Assembly: GCA_016839705.1 (NCBI GenBank)
Contig: JAEOTR010000084.1
Location: forward strand, 22,132-86,131
Direction of reading: 5' to 3'
Source: Promethearchaeota archaeon
GTDB taxonomy: Archaea; Asgardarchaeota; Lokiarchaeia; Sigyniarchaeales; SOKP01
DNA: 64,000 nucleotides
A program made the translations under genes and the position numbers. Under the pieces are notes generated by a model. It made no database searches and was not told the origin of the DNA. It saw only the letters and a program-made list of their open reading frames with translations. Shown one piece after another: positions 10,128 through 20,798 of the stretch; positions within the stretch are counted from its first letter, which is position 1; every line of letters begins with the position of its first letter.

Positions 10128-10853
10128 CTAATTCTTCCATCTTTTAAAATTGTCTATAATTATCTTGTAAGTAGCAGATAAGAAGATTATCAAAAATATT
10201 AAAATACATATAATTAAATACCAAAAGTGCTCATTTAACATTGAATTTATTTTATGATAATCGATTTCATATACGACAAATTGCTCAAAATATGTTACAA
10301 TTATTTGGAGCAATGGAGACATTAAATAAATTGAAAATAGGAAACCAATTATTCCTAATAGACTTCCAATAATCACATCGGTGGGATAGTGAACACCTAA
10401 TTGAATTCTTGAAAAAGAAACTAAAGCTGCTAATATCAACATTAAAAATGTCATAAATGGTGATTTCAAAAAATATACTCCGAATAATAATCCATAAGCC
10501 ATTATATTAAATGAATGCCAAGATGGAAAACTGCGAGATCTTGGTTTTCTTTCAAGAACTATAATCTTGCCTTCTTCTAATTTTTCAAATGGTCTTTGTC
10601 TATTAAAAATTTTTTTAAATACTGCAATAAAAAGCAAACCCGTCAAAAATATCGCAGATATATTAGTAAGTAAAAAAGGATCATACCAAATAAACAAGAA
10701 AAATGCAATTAAAGAAATCCATAAAGTTTCTCTCCCAAAGAAAGATAAACACTTAAAAATGAATGTAACTGATTTTCCTCCAAAATTATTATATTTTAAA
10801 ATTATCTTTTGGTCCCAGGTGTCTACCTTCTTAGGGAAATCTTTAAGTTCCAT
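10128..10853 (-). CDS. PAP2-family membrane phosphatase
   Basis: KxxxxRxRP, SFPSWH, SRIQLGVHYPTD. Confidence 0.92.
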   Translation of the reverse strand: MELKDFPKKVDTWDQKIILKYNNFGGKSVTFIFKCLSFFGRETLWISLIAFFLFIWYDPFLLTNISAIFLTGLLFIAVFKKIFNRQRPFEKLEEGKIIVLERKPRSRSFPSWHSFNIMAYGLLFGVYFLKSPFMTFLMLILAALVSFSRIQLGVHYPTDVIIGSLLGIIGFLFSIYLMSPLLQIIVTYFEQFVVYEIDYHKINSMLNEHFWYLIICILIFLIIFLSATYKIIIDNFKRWKN

Positions 10854-10854
10854 G

Positions 10855-11670
10855 TTATTTATCGGATAGGTGATTTCTTATTGAATTTAAATATTTATAT
10901 GCATCTTTTACTTTAGGAATCTGCTTCTCAAAATAATTTAATGAATGTGAATCGGAACCAACAAAGTATTTTCCTCCTTCTTTAACTAATTGAGTGATTA
11001 TTGCTTTTGAAGGAAATGGACGTCCAATTGGAAATCTTTCACCCGAAATATTGTATTCTATCCTTAAATTATTCTTTATGCACATTCGTCCTAATTCCAA
11101 CACTCTTTCTTCCGATATATTACAATCTTTTGTAGGTTTTATATCATTTTCATTAATATAACGGAAAATAGTATCGATGTGACAAATATTTTTAAATATT
11201 TTTGAATTAACCATCATCTCACATGTCTCAAAATATTCATCAATAATGGTTTTTATCTCTTTTATATCTAGTAATTTTAATAGCTTTTCCCTCGTTGTGA
11301 TTGGATAACCTGGAATCCATTCATGAATTGTACCCCCAATGAAATCTAATTCTCTGTTATAATCATCCATGAACTCTAATAATTCAATTTCTCTATCTCT
11401 GTAGTATTCAACTTCAAGCCCGCTAAATATGAAATCATAAGTTTCTTTCAATTCATCGATCTCTTCAAGGTAATTATCGATGTTTCCATCAGAGAAAGGA
11501 TTTGTTTTATCCTCTTCAATCGAATATAGTTCGAAATGGTCAAGGAAACAAACGTTAATTTCATGAATTTCTGCTAATTTTATATAATCTTCGAAATAAG
11601 GCCCGTTTCTGTCAATATCCGTACTCCATTTTGCAGTATGGACATGATAATCAGTGAATTTAAACTTCAT
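10855..11670 (-). CDS. PHP-domain phosphatase (HisJ/histidinol-phosphatase-like)
   Basis: DYHVHT, DH, GLEVEY, GSDSH. Confidence 0.85.
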   Translation of the reverse strand: MKFKFTDYHVHTAKWSTDIDRNGPYFEDYIKLAEIHEINVCFLDHFELYSIEEDKTNPFSDGNIDNYLEEIDELKETYDFIFSGLEVEYYRDREIELLEFMDDYNRELDFIGGTIHEWIPGYPITTREKLLKLLDIKEIKTIIDEYFETCEMMVNSKIFKNICHIDTIFRYINENDIKPTKDCNISEERVLELGRMCIKNNLRIEYNISGERFPIGRPFPSKAIITQLVKEGGKYFVGSDSHSLNYFEKQIPKVKDAYKYLNSIRNHLSDK

Positions 11671-11719
11671 ATTCTAACAAGGTTAATAATTAAGAAAGAG
11701 AAATAAAAATAATGATTAA

Positions 11720-13612
11720 CTAATCATCTGAATCTTCTTGGTCAAAAAAAACTTCATAAAAAAGTTCTTTTTCACCACTTTCTGGAGGTGTTATTTTTGT
11801 ACGCCCCCCCCGCTGTATAATACGAACAGTGCTTTTGTTCTGAAGATGAATTGTTCCGTAGAATCCCTTTATTCCTTTTTCTTTTGCGATGATAATTAAA
11901 TGTTGGTAAAGAAATGTACCGATTCCTTCTCCTCTCCATTTTTCAGATACAATAAAACTGTATTCCGCCATGTTTAAAGAAGGGTTAAAATAATATGTTG
12001 CGTTTCCTATCATATTCTCTCTCCCAATTTCCCCTGTAAAAGCACCAATAGAGAAAACTTTATCATAATCAATATTTACTTCATCTTGAGTCTTAGAATG
12101 GGTAAACTCCTTCCTTACTTCAAAAAATCGTAAATATCTATCTGTTTCGTTCAAGGCGTAATATAAATCTTTAAGTAAGGGTTCATCTGTAGTTTTAACA
12201 GGTCTTACTCTAATTTTTTCATTATTCCTGGCAGTGTAAATCGTTTCATATCCAGAAGGATATAAACATATTCGTCCATCTTCGTCACATGGAAGTAATT
12301 GATCCGAATAAACATATTTTAATTTTTTTGCTTTGTCCAATAATGATTGTCGAAAGTCTGGATGAGCAACACATATCAATTCAAGCACCCTTTCTCTTAT
12401 CGTTTTCCCATGAAGATAAGCTACACCCCATTCAGTTACAACATAATACACATCTCCACGAGAAAGCATTATTCCTGCACCCTCATCTAAATGTGGAACT
12501 ATTCGTGACTTTTTGCCATCTCTAGATGTTGAAGGCATAATTATGATAGGTTTCCCCCGTTTAGAAAAGGCTGCTCCCCTCATAAAATCAATCGTTTCTC
12601 CTAACCCTGAATAAAATTTATAGCCTTCTGTTGCTGCATTTACTTGTCCAGTAAGGTCTATTTGTCGAGCAGAATTAATTGAGACCATACTTTTGTTCAT
12701 TCCAATATTCCTAGGGTTACACACATAATCAGAAGGGAAAAATTCAATATAGGGATTATTATGAACGAATTCGTATAATTTTCTAGTACCTAGAGCATAA
12801 CTCGTAATTATTTTTTCTGGATGAAAATTTTTTTTTCTACAAGTAAGAATGCCCTCTTCGATAAGAGGTATGATATTATCTGTAATATAGTGAGAGTGCA
12901 TTCCAAGGTCTTTTTTATCCTTTAAATATTTTAGTGCTGCATTTGGCAAATCACCAAAACCAATATGAATCGTCGATTTATTTTCAATAATATTCGCAAG
13001 ATTTTTACCAATTCTTTCAGCTATATCATCAGGTTCCTCAAAGAAAAACTCTAATAAAGGTTGATTGTTATAAACAAAAAAATCAATTTCTTTCATATGC
13101 ATAAAACTGTTTCCTAAAGTACGAGGCATTTGAGGATTGATCTCAGCTATAGTTAGATAAGATGATTGTGCCAAGGTTTTTGCGATATCGACATTAATAC
13201 CTAAAGAACAAAAACCGTATGGATCTGGGGGGGAGACTTGTATAAGAGCAACATCTATATGTTTTCGACCAGTTAAAAATAGTGAAGGTATTTCACTCGC
13301 ATAAATCGGGGTGTAGTCTGCTTGACCATTATTGATTTCTTCACGAAGATTTGATCCTATAAAAAATACATTATGTCTAAAAAGATCCTCCGCTTTATTT
13401 TTAAAATATTTCTCAGGGCCAATTGTTAGAAAGTGAAGAATCTCCGTGTCGATTAACTTCTCTGAATGTTTAATCAATTCGGTTGTTAATAATTGAGGTT
13501 CAGAACATCCAGAATCAATAAAAACTCTATTCCCCGGTATTATTTTCTTTATGGCATCTTCTGCATTGATTTGTTTATCCTTCCATTTTTCTCTCCATTT
13601 CTCATCTATCAA
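11720..13612 (-). CDS. Acetyl-CoA hydrolase/4-hydroxybutyrate CoA-transferase-like domain fused to GNAT acetyltransferase
   Basis: DVALIQVSPPD, VVTEWG, AHPDFR; C-terminal YLRFF and WRGEGIGT acetyl-CoA-binding loop. Confidence 0.9.
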   Translation of the reverse strand: MIDEKWREKWKDKQINAEDAIKKIIPGNRVFIDSGCSEPQLLTTELIKHSEKLIDTEILHFLTIGPEKYFKNKAEDLFRHNVFFIGSNLREEINNGQADYTPIYASEIPSLFLTGRKHIDVALIQVSPPDPYGFCSLGINVDIAKTLAQSSYLTIAEINPQMPRTLGNSFMHMKEIDFFVYNNQPLLEFFFEEPDDIAERIGKNLANIIENKSTIHIGFGDLPNAALKYLKDKKDLGMHSHYITDNIIPLIEEGILTCRKKNFHPEKIITSYALGTRKLYEFVHNNPYIEFFPSDYVCNPRNIGMNKSMVSINSARQIDLTGQVNAATEGYKFYSGLGETIDFMRGAAFSKRGKPIIIMPSTSRDGKKSRIVPHLDEGAGIMLSRGDVYYVVTEWGVAYLHGKTIRERVLELICVAHPDFRQSLLDKAKKLKYVYSDQLLPCDEDGRICLYPSGYETIYTARNNEKIRVRPVKTTDEPLLKDLYYALNETDRYLRFFEVRKEFTHSKTQDEVNIDYDKVFSIGAFTGEIGRENMIGNATYYFNPSLNMAEYSFIVSEKWRGEGIGTFLYQHLIIIAKEKGIKGFYGTIHLQNKSTVRIIQRGGRTKITPPESGEKELFYEVFFDQEDSDD

Positions 13613-13843
13613 ATTAGGGTTTACCTTTATTGTTGTTTAATCTAAAATCATTGATTTTTTAATTTATAAAAATTTACTTCAATCTCGTTATTAAATGTAT
13701 TTTCCTCAATATAATGTTTTTGAAATTATAAATAAAATGTTTAAATTCAATTCATATCTTATTTGATTTAGAAGTATACTTGTAAGATGAAAATATTAAA
13801 AAAATTTAAAGTTATAATTCAAGATTCAAAAGTGTAAAAGACT

Positions 13844-15823
13844 ATGTCTAAAGAAGAAAGAATGGAAAGCATTCTTACTGAAAATCGTATTTTTAATCCT
13901 GTTGACCTTAATCCTGAATACGTTAAAACCGGAATGTCAATGGAAGAATATAAAAAGCTATATAAGCAATCGATTGAAGATATGGAAGGATTTTGGGGTG
14001 AACAAGCAAAATCTCTTGATTGGTTTAAACCCTATGATAAAGTATGGGAAAAAACGGACTTGTTTCCAGGAAAGTGGTTTGTTGGTGGAAAACTTAATGT
14101 TGCTTATAACTGTTTAGATAGGCATGTGAAAGCAGGAAAAGGAAAGAGGACTGCTCTAATTTGGGAAGCTGATGAGCCAGGACAAGTTAGAACATATTCT
14201 TACGATGAGTTATTAAAAGAGGTTTCAAAGGTTGCGAATGGGATGAAAAAACTTGGGTTAGAAAAAGGAGATAGAGTTACTATTTGGTTACCCATGATTC
14301 CTGAGCTTGCAATAATTATGTTGGCATGCGCTAGAATCGGTGTCATACATTCTATTGTATTTGGTGGATTTTCTAAAGAAGCAGTGAAAGATAGAATAAA
14401 AGATTCAGATTCTCGACTTCTCTTTACGAGCGATGAAACTGTAAGGGCTGGAAAGTATTATCCTAAATTAGCTGATGTTGTTAATATCATTGATGATGTT
14501 CCAACTATAGAACACATTATAGTTGTAAAGCGATCCGGAAGAGATATACCCCACACAAATAAGGATATCTGGTATCATGACTTTATCGAAGGGATGAGTG
14601 AAGAAAATGAACCTGAAGAAATGGATTCTGAAGATACCTTGTTTATCTTATATACAAGCGGAACTACTGGTAAACCAAAGGGAGTAAAACATACCACCGC
14701 AGGATATATCCTATATACATCATTCACCCATAGAATAGTTTTTAATTATCATGAAGGTGATATTTGGTATTGCACTGCGGATATCGGGTGGATCACTGGA
14801 CATTCTTATATTGTTTATGGACCTCTAGCAAATGGTGCTACAAGTCTAATGTTCGAAGGAGTTCCAACTTACCCTGAAGTCGATCGGTTTTGGGATATCG
14901 TTGAATCCAATAAAGTCACTCATTTCTATACAGCTCCTACTGCAATTAGAGCGTTAATGAGATATGGGGATGATCCTGTGAAGAAACACGATGTGAGCTC
15001 ACTGAAAATCTTAGGAACTGTTGGAGAACCTATAAATCCCGAAGCATGGACGTGGTATCATAGAGTGGTTGGACAAAATAGATGTCCCATTGTTGATACA
15101 TACTGGCAAACTGAAACAGGGGGATTTATCATGACACCTATAGCAACCGCAACACCAACCAAACCAGGATCTTGCTGTATGCCTTTCTTGGGTATAAAAC
15201 CAATAATCTTTGACCTTGAAGGAGAAGAAGTCACTGAACCTGATGAGGGGGGATATTTTGCGATGGCCCAACCATGGCCAGGGATATTGAGAGACGTTTG
15301 GGGCAATACTGAGCGATTTAAATCAACCTATCTCGCAAAATATCCGGGATATTATTATACAGGTGATGGAGCACGACGAGATCAGGATGGTTATTATTGG
15401 ATTTTAGGCAGACTTGATGATGTTATTAAAGTATCAGGGCATAGAATAGGAACCATGGAAGTAGAATCTGCTCTTGTAAGTCATCCAAGCGTTGCGGAAG
15501 CCGCAGTTGCTCCATTTCCGCATAAAATAAAAGGTCAGGCAATCTGGGCCTACGTAACTCTAATGCAAGGAGTTGAGAAATCAGCGAAACTATCTAAAGA
15601 GATACGTATGCATGTAAGAAATGAAATTGGACCTGTATTCCAACCTGATGTAATTCAATTTGCTGATGCTTTACCTAAAACGAGAAGCGGTAAGATAATG
15701 CGTAGAATCTTAAAAGCTATCGCAGCAGGTACAGATATTGGAAATGTTACAACATTGGCAGATCCATCTGTAGTAGATACTCTATTAGAAGAACGTAAGA
15801 AAATAGACGTTGAAATAGGTTAA
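13844..15823 (+). CDS. acs: Acetyl-CoA synthetase (AMP-forming)
   Basis: YTSGTTGKPKG, WITGHSY, WQTETGG, LPKTRSGKIMRR. Confidence 0.96.
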   Translation: MSKEERMESILTENRIFNPVDLNPEYVKTGMSMEEYKKLYKQSIEDMEGFWGEQAKSLDWFKPYDKVWEKTDLFPGKWFVGGKLNVAYNCLDRHVKAGKGKRTALIWEADEPGQVRTYSYDELLKEVSKVANGMKKLGLEKGDRVTIWLPMIPELAIIMLACARIGVIHSIVFGGFSKEAVKDRIKDSDSRLLFTSDETVRAGKYYPKLADVVNIIDDVPTIEHIIVVKRSGRDIPHTNKDIWYHDFIEGMSEENEPEEMDSEDTLFILYTSGTTGKPKGVKHTTAGYILYTSFTHRIVFNYHEGDIWYCTADIGWITGHSYIVYGPLANGATSLMFEGVPTYPEVDRFWDIVESNKVTHFYTAPTAIRALMRYGDDPVKKHDVSSLKILGTVGEPINPEAWTWYHRVVGQNRCPIVDTYWQTETGGFIMTPIATATPTKPGSCCMPFLGIKPIIFDLEGEEVTEPDEGGYFAMAQPWPGILRDVWGNTERFKSTYLAKYPGYYYTGDGARRDQDGYYWILGRLDDVIKVSGHRIGTMEVESALVSHPSVAEAAVAPFPHKIKGQAIWAYVTLMQGVEKSAKLSKEIRMHVRNEIGPVFQPDVIQFADALPKTRSGKIMRRILKAIAAGTDIGNVTTLADPSVVDTLLEERKKIDVEIG

Positions 15824-15977
15824 ATCTATATTTTTTTATATTCTTTATGCCTTTGTTAGGGAACTCAGAAATTTATTATATTTAAGTTTTATAATTTTAT
15901 TTTATTTTTTAGGCATGTCAACTCTTTAATAGTTTTTTATTCTTCTTATAAATAGGAATTTTGATAAAAAGGAAAGA

Positions 15978-16979
15978 TTGATTAAAAAGTTAAAAAATAT
16001 TGATCTAATGAAATCAATTTTAGTATTTATAGATGGTACTATTTGCGATACAAGGCAGAGACATCATTTTGGGATAAATACACTAGAATTTAATAAACGT
16101 GAAGCAATAATCAAAGATAAGGCTGTAGCTAATAGTGTAAATTGCTTAAATAATCTATCAACTAGATATGTGATTGTTTATATTGGGGCAAGACCAAAAT
16201 TCACAATCGACTCTACGAAAGAATGGTTAGAGAAAGAAGGATTTCCAAAAGGAGATGTGTATTTAGGCAAAACTAAAAAAGACCGAGTTGAAATAATAAA
16301 GAAAATAAATAAGAAGTATAATTTTGTTGCAGGGATAGGTGATCGATGGGATGATAATGAATTGCATTTAGAAATAGGATGTTTGAGCATTATATTAGAA
16401 GAATTTAATGGTAAGTGGGATTTTGTAAGTGATTACATTATGAATTATGAACGGAAAATAAAAATTAGCCAAAATGAAATCCATTTAAAAGGAAAAATTG
16501 AAGGTTTAGCCCGTGTACTACCAAAGCTCCACAATAAATATAGAGATGCAATGTGGGAAGTATATCTCAATGCAGTTCTTAAAAAGGCAGAAGAAACCAG
16601 GGAAGAAAGAAGAAAAGAAGATCTTGAATTATTTGAAAGATTTAATCTGAATCCTCGAGATTTAAGAGATGTGGCAAAATGGGAAAAATCAGTAGATGAA
16701 AAAGAATGGGAAATTAATGAGGCTTATGGTTTGCAAGATAAAGAAATAGTAGAAGCAACAAAAAATCGTTTTGAAATGAAAATAACACGATGTCGATATG
16801 CAGAAATTTGGAAAGAGTTTGGTTTTCCTGAAATTGGATATCAAATTCATTGTCGAACAGACATAGCTTGGTGGGATCGTCCCGTATGGGATCCGAGTGT
16901 GCGATTTAAACAGCCAAAAACTCTTATGAAAGGTGACGAATATTGTTTATTTATACAATATAGACCTGATGCAGATTAA
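15978..16979 (+). CDS. HAD-like domain fused to L-2-amino-thiazoline-4-carboxylate-hydrolase-like (V4R-related) domain
   Basis: IDGTICD and GIGDRWDD; C-terminal TRCRYAE...CRTD...TLMKGDEYC. Start may be MKSILV. Confidence 0.75.
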   Translation: MIKKLKNIDLMKSILVFIDGTICDTRQRHHFGINTLEFNKREAIIKDKAVANSVNCLNNLSTRYVIVYIGARPKFTIDSTKEWLEKEGFPKGDVYLGKTKKDRVEIIKKINKKYNFVAGIGDRWDDNELHLEIGCLSIILEEFNGKWDFVSDYIMNYERKIKISQNEIHLKGKIEGLARVLPKLHNKYRDAMWEVYLNAVLKKAEETREERRKEDLELFERFNLNPRDLRDVAKWEKSVDEKEWEINEAYGLQDKEIVEATKNRFEMKITRCRYAEIWKEFGFPEIGYQIHCRTDIAWWDRPVWDPSVRFKQPKTLMKGDEYCLFIQYRPDAD

Positions 16980-17172
16980 CGTTAATGCAAATCCTAATCA
17001 AATAGCACCATACTCTTTAATAATTTTCTAAATCTCATCATTTAATATAACAAATTAATCACTCCTAGTTTTGAAAATGTAGAAAAACCTTGAATTATTA
17101 TAACCTTAAATACTTGCTTTTTTTAAAAAAAGATTTTAATTTATCAAAGGCAATGCATTATGGATTCCAATC

Positions 17173-18957
17173 ATGAATAAGGATAAGGAAACGAATAAGG
17201 GATATCGGAAGTGGCTTTTTAAACACTTATATAAACAATTTCATTTAGTAATACTAGTAATTATTGGGATTTTTTTTGTTAGTCTGACACTTACCTTAAT
17301 TCCGATTATAATCGGTGATATAATTGATAATGTCCTTATTGTACGTGATTTAGCAAATTTATTATTAATGTTAGGAATCGGACTTATTGTTTCTCTTCTT
17401 TATGCTGTTCTAGATTACGGAGTTATGATGCTCGGACATTTTCTTGGCTTAAAAATTGAAAAAGATATGAGACAAGAATTTTTTGATACTATTCAATTAA
17501 AACCACTAAGTTACCACGATAATGTACGAACAGGTGATTTGCTAGCCCTAGCTACTAATGATGTTCGAGTAATTAACACAATGGTGGCTCATGGAAGTTT
17601 TTTTATTTATCCTTTCATGCAAATTTTTATAACAATATATCTGTTGATTCAGTTCTTAGATTACCGCTTAGCTTTATTTTGTATACCATTTATTATTAGC
17701 TATATCTACTTTGTTTTGGATTATCGTAAAAAACTTTCTCCTTATGTTACTAACCGAATGAAAAAGTATTCAAATTTGGCAGTAGTTTTACAAGACTCTA
17801 TAAGTGGTGCGTCAACTGTTAGGAGCTTTACTGCTGAGAAGCTGGAGCGTAAAAAATTTAGACGCTCCGTACTTGATTTTAAGAATAATATGATAGGAGA
17901 AAATAGAGTTCAAGCTAGGTACTACCCCCTACTTGCACTTAACCTTGTAATCGGCAGCACATTTTTTATTGGCTCTATATTTGTTTATCAGAATACTCTA
18001 TATCCTGGGGATCTAGTTGCAGCAAACTTACTTTTAATAGCACTTCTCGAGCCTACCAGAATGATTCATTGGTCTACCAATGATATGATGAGTGGGTTTG
18101 CAGCTTGTTCGCGTCTGTATACTTCACTTACTAAAGGAGATAGTGAAAATACTCGTAAAGAGTCTGAGGAGTGGCCAGAACAATTTAAAGGAAAAATTGA
18201 ATTCAAAAATATAACATTTATTCATCAAAACGGAAAAGATAACAAACGTCCTACTCTAAATAATTTGAATTTTACTATTGAACCATTTCAACGAGTTGCT
18301 CTCGTCGGCCCTACAGGATGTGGAAAATCGACTCTTGCGAAGTTAATATTATCTCTTTACACACCCCAAAAAGGATCGATTCTTTTAGATGGAATAGATA
18401 TTCAAAATATTCCTCTTGAAACCTTACGTAAACACATTGGTTATATAGAGCAAGAAATTTACCTTTATCCTAGATCTATAAAGGAGAATATTATGTTTGG
18501 AAAACCAGATGCATCTGAAGAAAAAGTATTAAACGCTGCGAAACTCGCTCAAGTAGAGGATTTTGTGAAGGATTTTCCAAACGATTATAATACTATTGTC
18601 GGAGAGCGAGGGACAAGACTCTCTGGAGGAGAAAAACAGCGAATTGCAATAGCACGGGCTTTTTTAACTGATCCTGCAATTCTTATACTTGATGATTCTG
18701 TTTCAGCTGTAGATAGTGAAACAGAAGAAAAAATAGGGCGTGCAATGGAAAATATCTTAAAAAATAGGACTACAATAATCATAACTCACAGGTTACATAC
18801 AATAAGAACCTCTGATAAGATAATTGTCTTAAAACACGGGGAGCTTGTCGCAGAGGGAAGTCATAAAGAATTATTACAAAGTTCAGAAGATTACCGCCGA
18901 ATTTTTGGTAAAAAATTAAGTTTAACAGACTCAAAAATTAAAATAAAGACAGTGTGA
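17173..18957 (+). CDS. ABC exporter half-transporter (TMD+NBD), subunit 1
   Basis: GPTGCGKS, LSGGEKQR, degenerate Walker B ILDDS. Confidence 0.93.
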   Translation: MNKDKETNKGYRKWLFKHLYKQFHLVILVIIGIFFVSLTLTLIPIIIGDIIDNVLIVRDLANLLLMLGIGLIVSLLYAVLDYGVMMLGHFLGLKIEKDMRQEFFDTIQLKPLSYHDNVRTGDLLALATNDVRVINTMVAHGSFFIYPFMQIFITIYLLIQFLDYRLALFCIPFIISYIYFVLDYRKKLSPYVTNRMKKYSNLAVVLQDSISGASTVRSFTAEKLERKKFRRSVLDFKNNMIGENRVQARYYPLLALNLVIGSTFFIGSIFVYQNTLYPGDLVAANLLLIALLEPTRMIHWSTNDMMSGFAACSRLYTSLTKGDSENTRKESEEWPEQFKGKIEFKNITFIHQNGKDNKRPTLNNLNFTIEPFQRVALVGPTGCGKSTLAKLILSLYTPQKGSILLDGIDIQNIPLETLRKHIGYIEQEIYLYPRSIKENIMFGKPDASEEKVLNAAKLAQVEDFVKDFPNDYNTIVGERGTRLSGGEKQRIAIARAFLTDPAILILDDSVSAVDSETEEKIGRAMENILKNRTTIIITHRLHTIRTSDKIIVLKHGELVAEGSHKELLQSSEDYRRIFGKKLSLTDSKIKIKTV

Positions 18958-18963
18958 TATAAA

Positions 18964-20751
18964 GTGGGACTCTACGCAGGATTAATGGCAGAGGAGCATA
19001 AAAGAAAATACTCTGATCGAGAATTATTTAGTAGATACATTAAAAGAATTATTCCTTTTAAAAAGAGTGTTATACGAATTGCACTTTTTATAGTAATTTC
19101 AGCAGTAGCGGATATCATTAGTCCATTATTGATAGGATTTGGCGTAGATGAATTGGCTAAACCAAATCCCAATCTTCTTTTAGTAATCAATGCTACGGTA
19201 GTTTACATTTTGTTATATGTGATTATTTGGGTTATGTTTTTCCTGCAATATAAGGAGATTGCCAAATTTGTTCCATTTTTTTCAGAAAGGCTCCGTATGG
19301 ATATCTTTGATAAGTTACAGGAACAAGATATGAGTTTTTTTGATAAAAAACAGACTGGTGAATTAAATACAAGAGTTACTAATGATGTCTCTGATTTTGG
19401 AAATATTACCTTTTTAATAGTAGAGACAATAGGCAATCTTATTCTTAGTGGCTTTACGTTTGCTATTTTGGTATGGTTAAACATATCTCTTGCCCTTATT
19501 GCTTTAATTACTGTTCCTTTAATCTTATTGTTGATGTTCTCTCTTAGAAAAATAGCTAGAATTGTAAGTAGGGCATATAGAAGCTCCCTAGATGATGTTA
19601 ATATCGCAATGGTTGAATTAGTAGAGGGAATTCATGTTTGCAAAAGCTATGGCCAGGAAGCTATAGTATCTGAACAATTTAATGAAATTAATAAAAAATA
19701 TTTCAAAAGAGGATTTAAATTAACTGCTGTAACACATCTGTGGAGAAGACTTCTTGGAATTATATCGACACTAACTTTTATTATCATTATGTATGTGGGT
19801 GGACAACTTGTTTTCAATGGTTTGATGAGTCCTGGACGTGTTTTCATCTTTTATCTCTACTTACCTAAATTTTTTCGTCCAATTATGGTGCTAGCTACCT
19901 TTTTTCCTCAATTTAGTACAGGTATGGCTGCATTCGAACGAATTCTTGATATCCTTGATTCAGCACCATTAGTTACTCAATATCCTAATGCCTATGATGT
20001 AGGTGGATTAGAAGGAGAGATTGAATTCGAAAATGTAGATTTTAGTTATAAAAATGATGAATGGGTTTTTAAAGGATTGAATCTTAAAATTGAAAAGGGG
20101 GAGAAAATGGCAATAGTTGGGCATACTGGTTCAGGAAAAACATCCATAGTTTCACTTCTTGCACGATATTATGAATTTCAAGGAGGATCAATTAAGATTG
20201 ATGGAATTGATATTAGAAATATGAAATTAGAATCATACAGAAAGAATATTGGCATCGTTCAACAAGATGTTTTTCTTTTTTCAGGAACAATAGAGGAAAA
20301 TATCCTGTACGGAAGGCAAGATGCGTCTGAAGATGATTTGTGGAAAGCAGTTACCGCTGTCCACGCTGAAGAACTAATTGAATATTTACCAGAAGGTTTA
20401 CAAACTCAAGTAGGAGAAAGAGGAAAAGGAGTGTCAGCAGGGCAAAGACAGCTTATTAGTTTTGCTCGAGCATTACTTACAAATCCTAACATTCTTATCC
20501 TTGATGAAGCGACTTCAAGTGTAGATGCCTATACTGAAGCAATCATCCAAGAAGCTCTGGAAGTGCTTTTATCTGATCGAACTTCAATAATAATCGCTCA
20601 CAGACTTTCTACTGTAATCAACGCCGATAGGATTATCGTTATGGACAATGGGAGAATAATAGAGGAAGGCAATCATAGGTCATTACTTTCACAAGGAGGT
20701 AAATATGCTCAGTTGTATAAACAATATTTTGAACATCAAAAGTTAGAGTAG
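18964..20751 (+). CDS. ABC exporter half-transporter, subunit 2 (heterodimer partner)
   Basis: GHTGSGKT, degenerate signature VSAGQRQ, ILDEATS, AHRLST. Confidence 0.93.
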   Translation: MGLYAGLMAEEHKRKYSDRELFSRYIKRIIPFKKSVIRIALFIVISAVADIISPLLIGFGVDELAKPNPNLLLVINATVVYILLYVIIWVMFFLQYKEIAKFVPFFSERLRMDIFDKLQEQDMSFFDKKQTGELNTRVTNDVSDFGNITFLIVETIGNLILSGFTFAILVWLNISLALIALITVPLILLLMFSLRKIARIVSRAYRSSLDDVNIAMVELVEGIHVCKSYGQEAIVSEQFNEINKKYFKRGFKLTAVTHLWRRLLGIISTLTFIIIMYVGGQLVFNGLMSPGRVFIFYLYLPKFFRPIMVLATFFPQFSTGMAAFERILDILDSAPLVTQYPNAYDVGGLEGEIEFENVDFSYKNDEWVFKGLNLKIEKGEKMAIVGHTGSGKTSIVSLLARYYEFQGGSIKIDGIDIRNMKLESYRKNIGIVQQDVFLFSGTIEENILYGRQDASEDDLWKAVTAVHAEELIEYLPEGLQTQVGERGKGVSAGQRQLISFARALLTNPNILILDEATSSVDAYTEAIIQEALEVLLSDRTSIIIAHRLSTVINADRIIVMDNGRIIEEGNHRSLLSQGGKYAQLYKQYFEHQKLE

Positions 20752-20798
20752 CACTACTCTTCATTAAAAAAAGTGGATGAATCTAGTGACAAATGTCT

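Noticed and set aside
16975-16986. 12-bp palindrome ATTAACGTTAAT at the end of the HAD fusion gene
   Set aside because: A single AT-rich palindrome overlapping a stop codon; plausible by chance.
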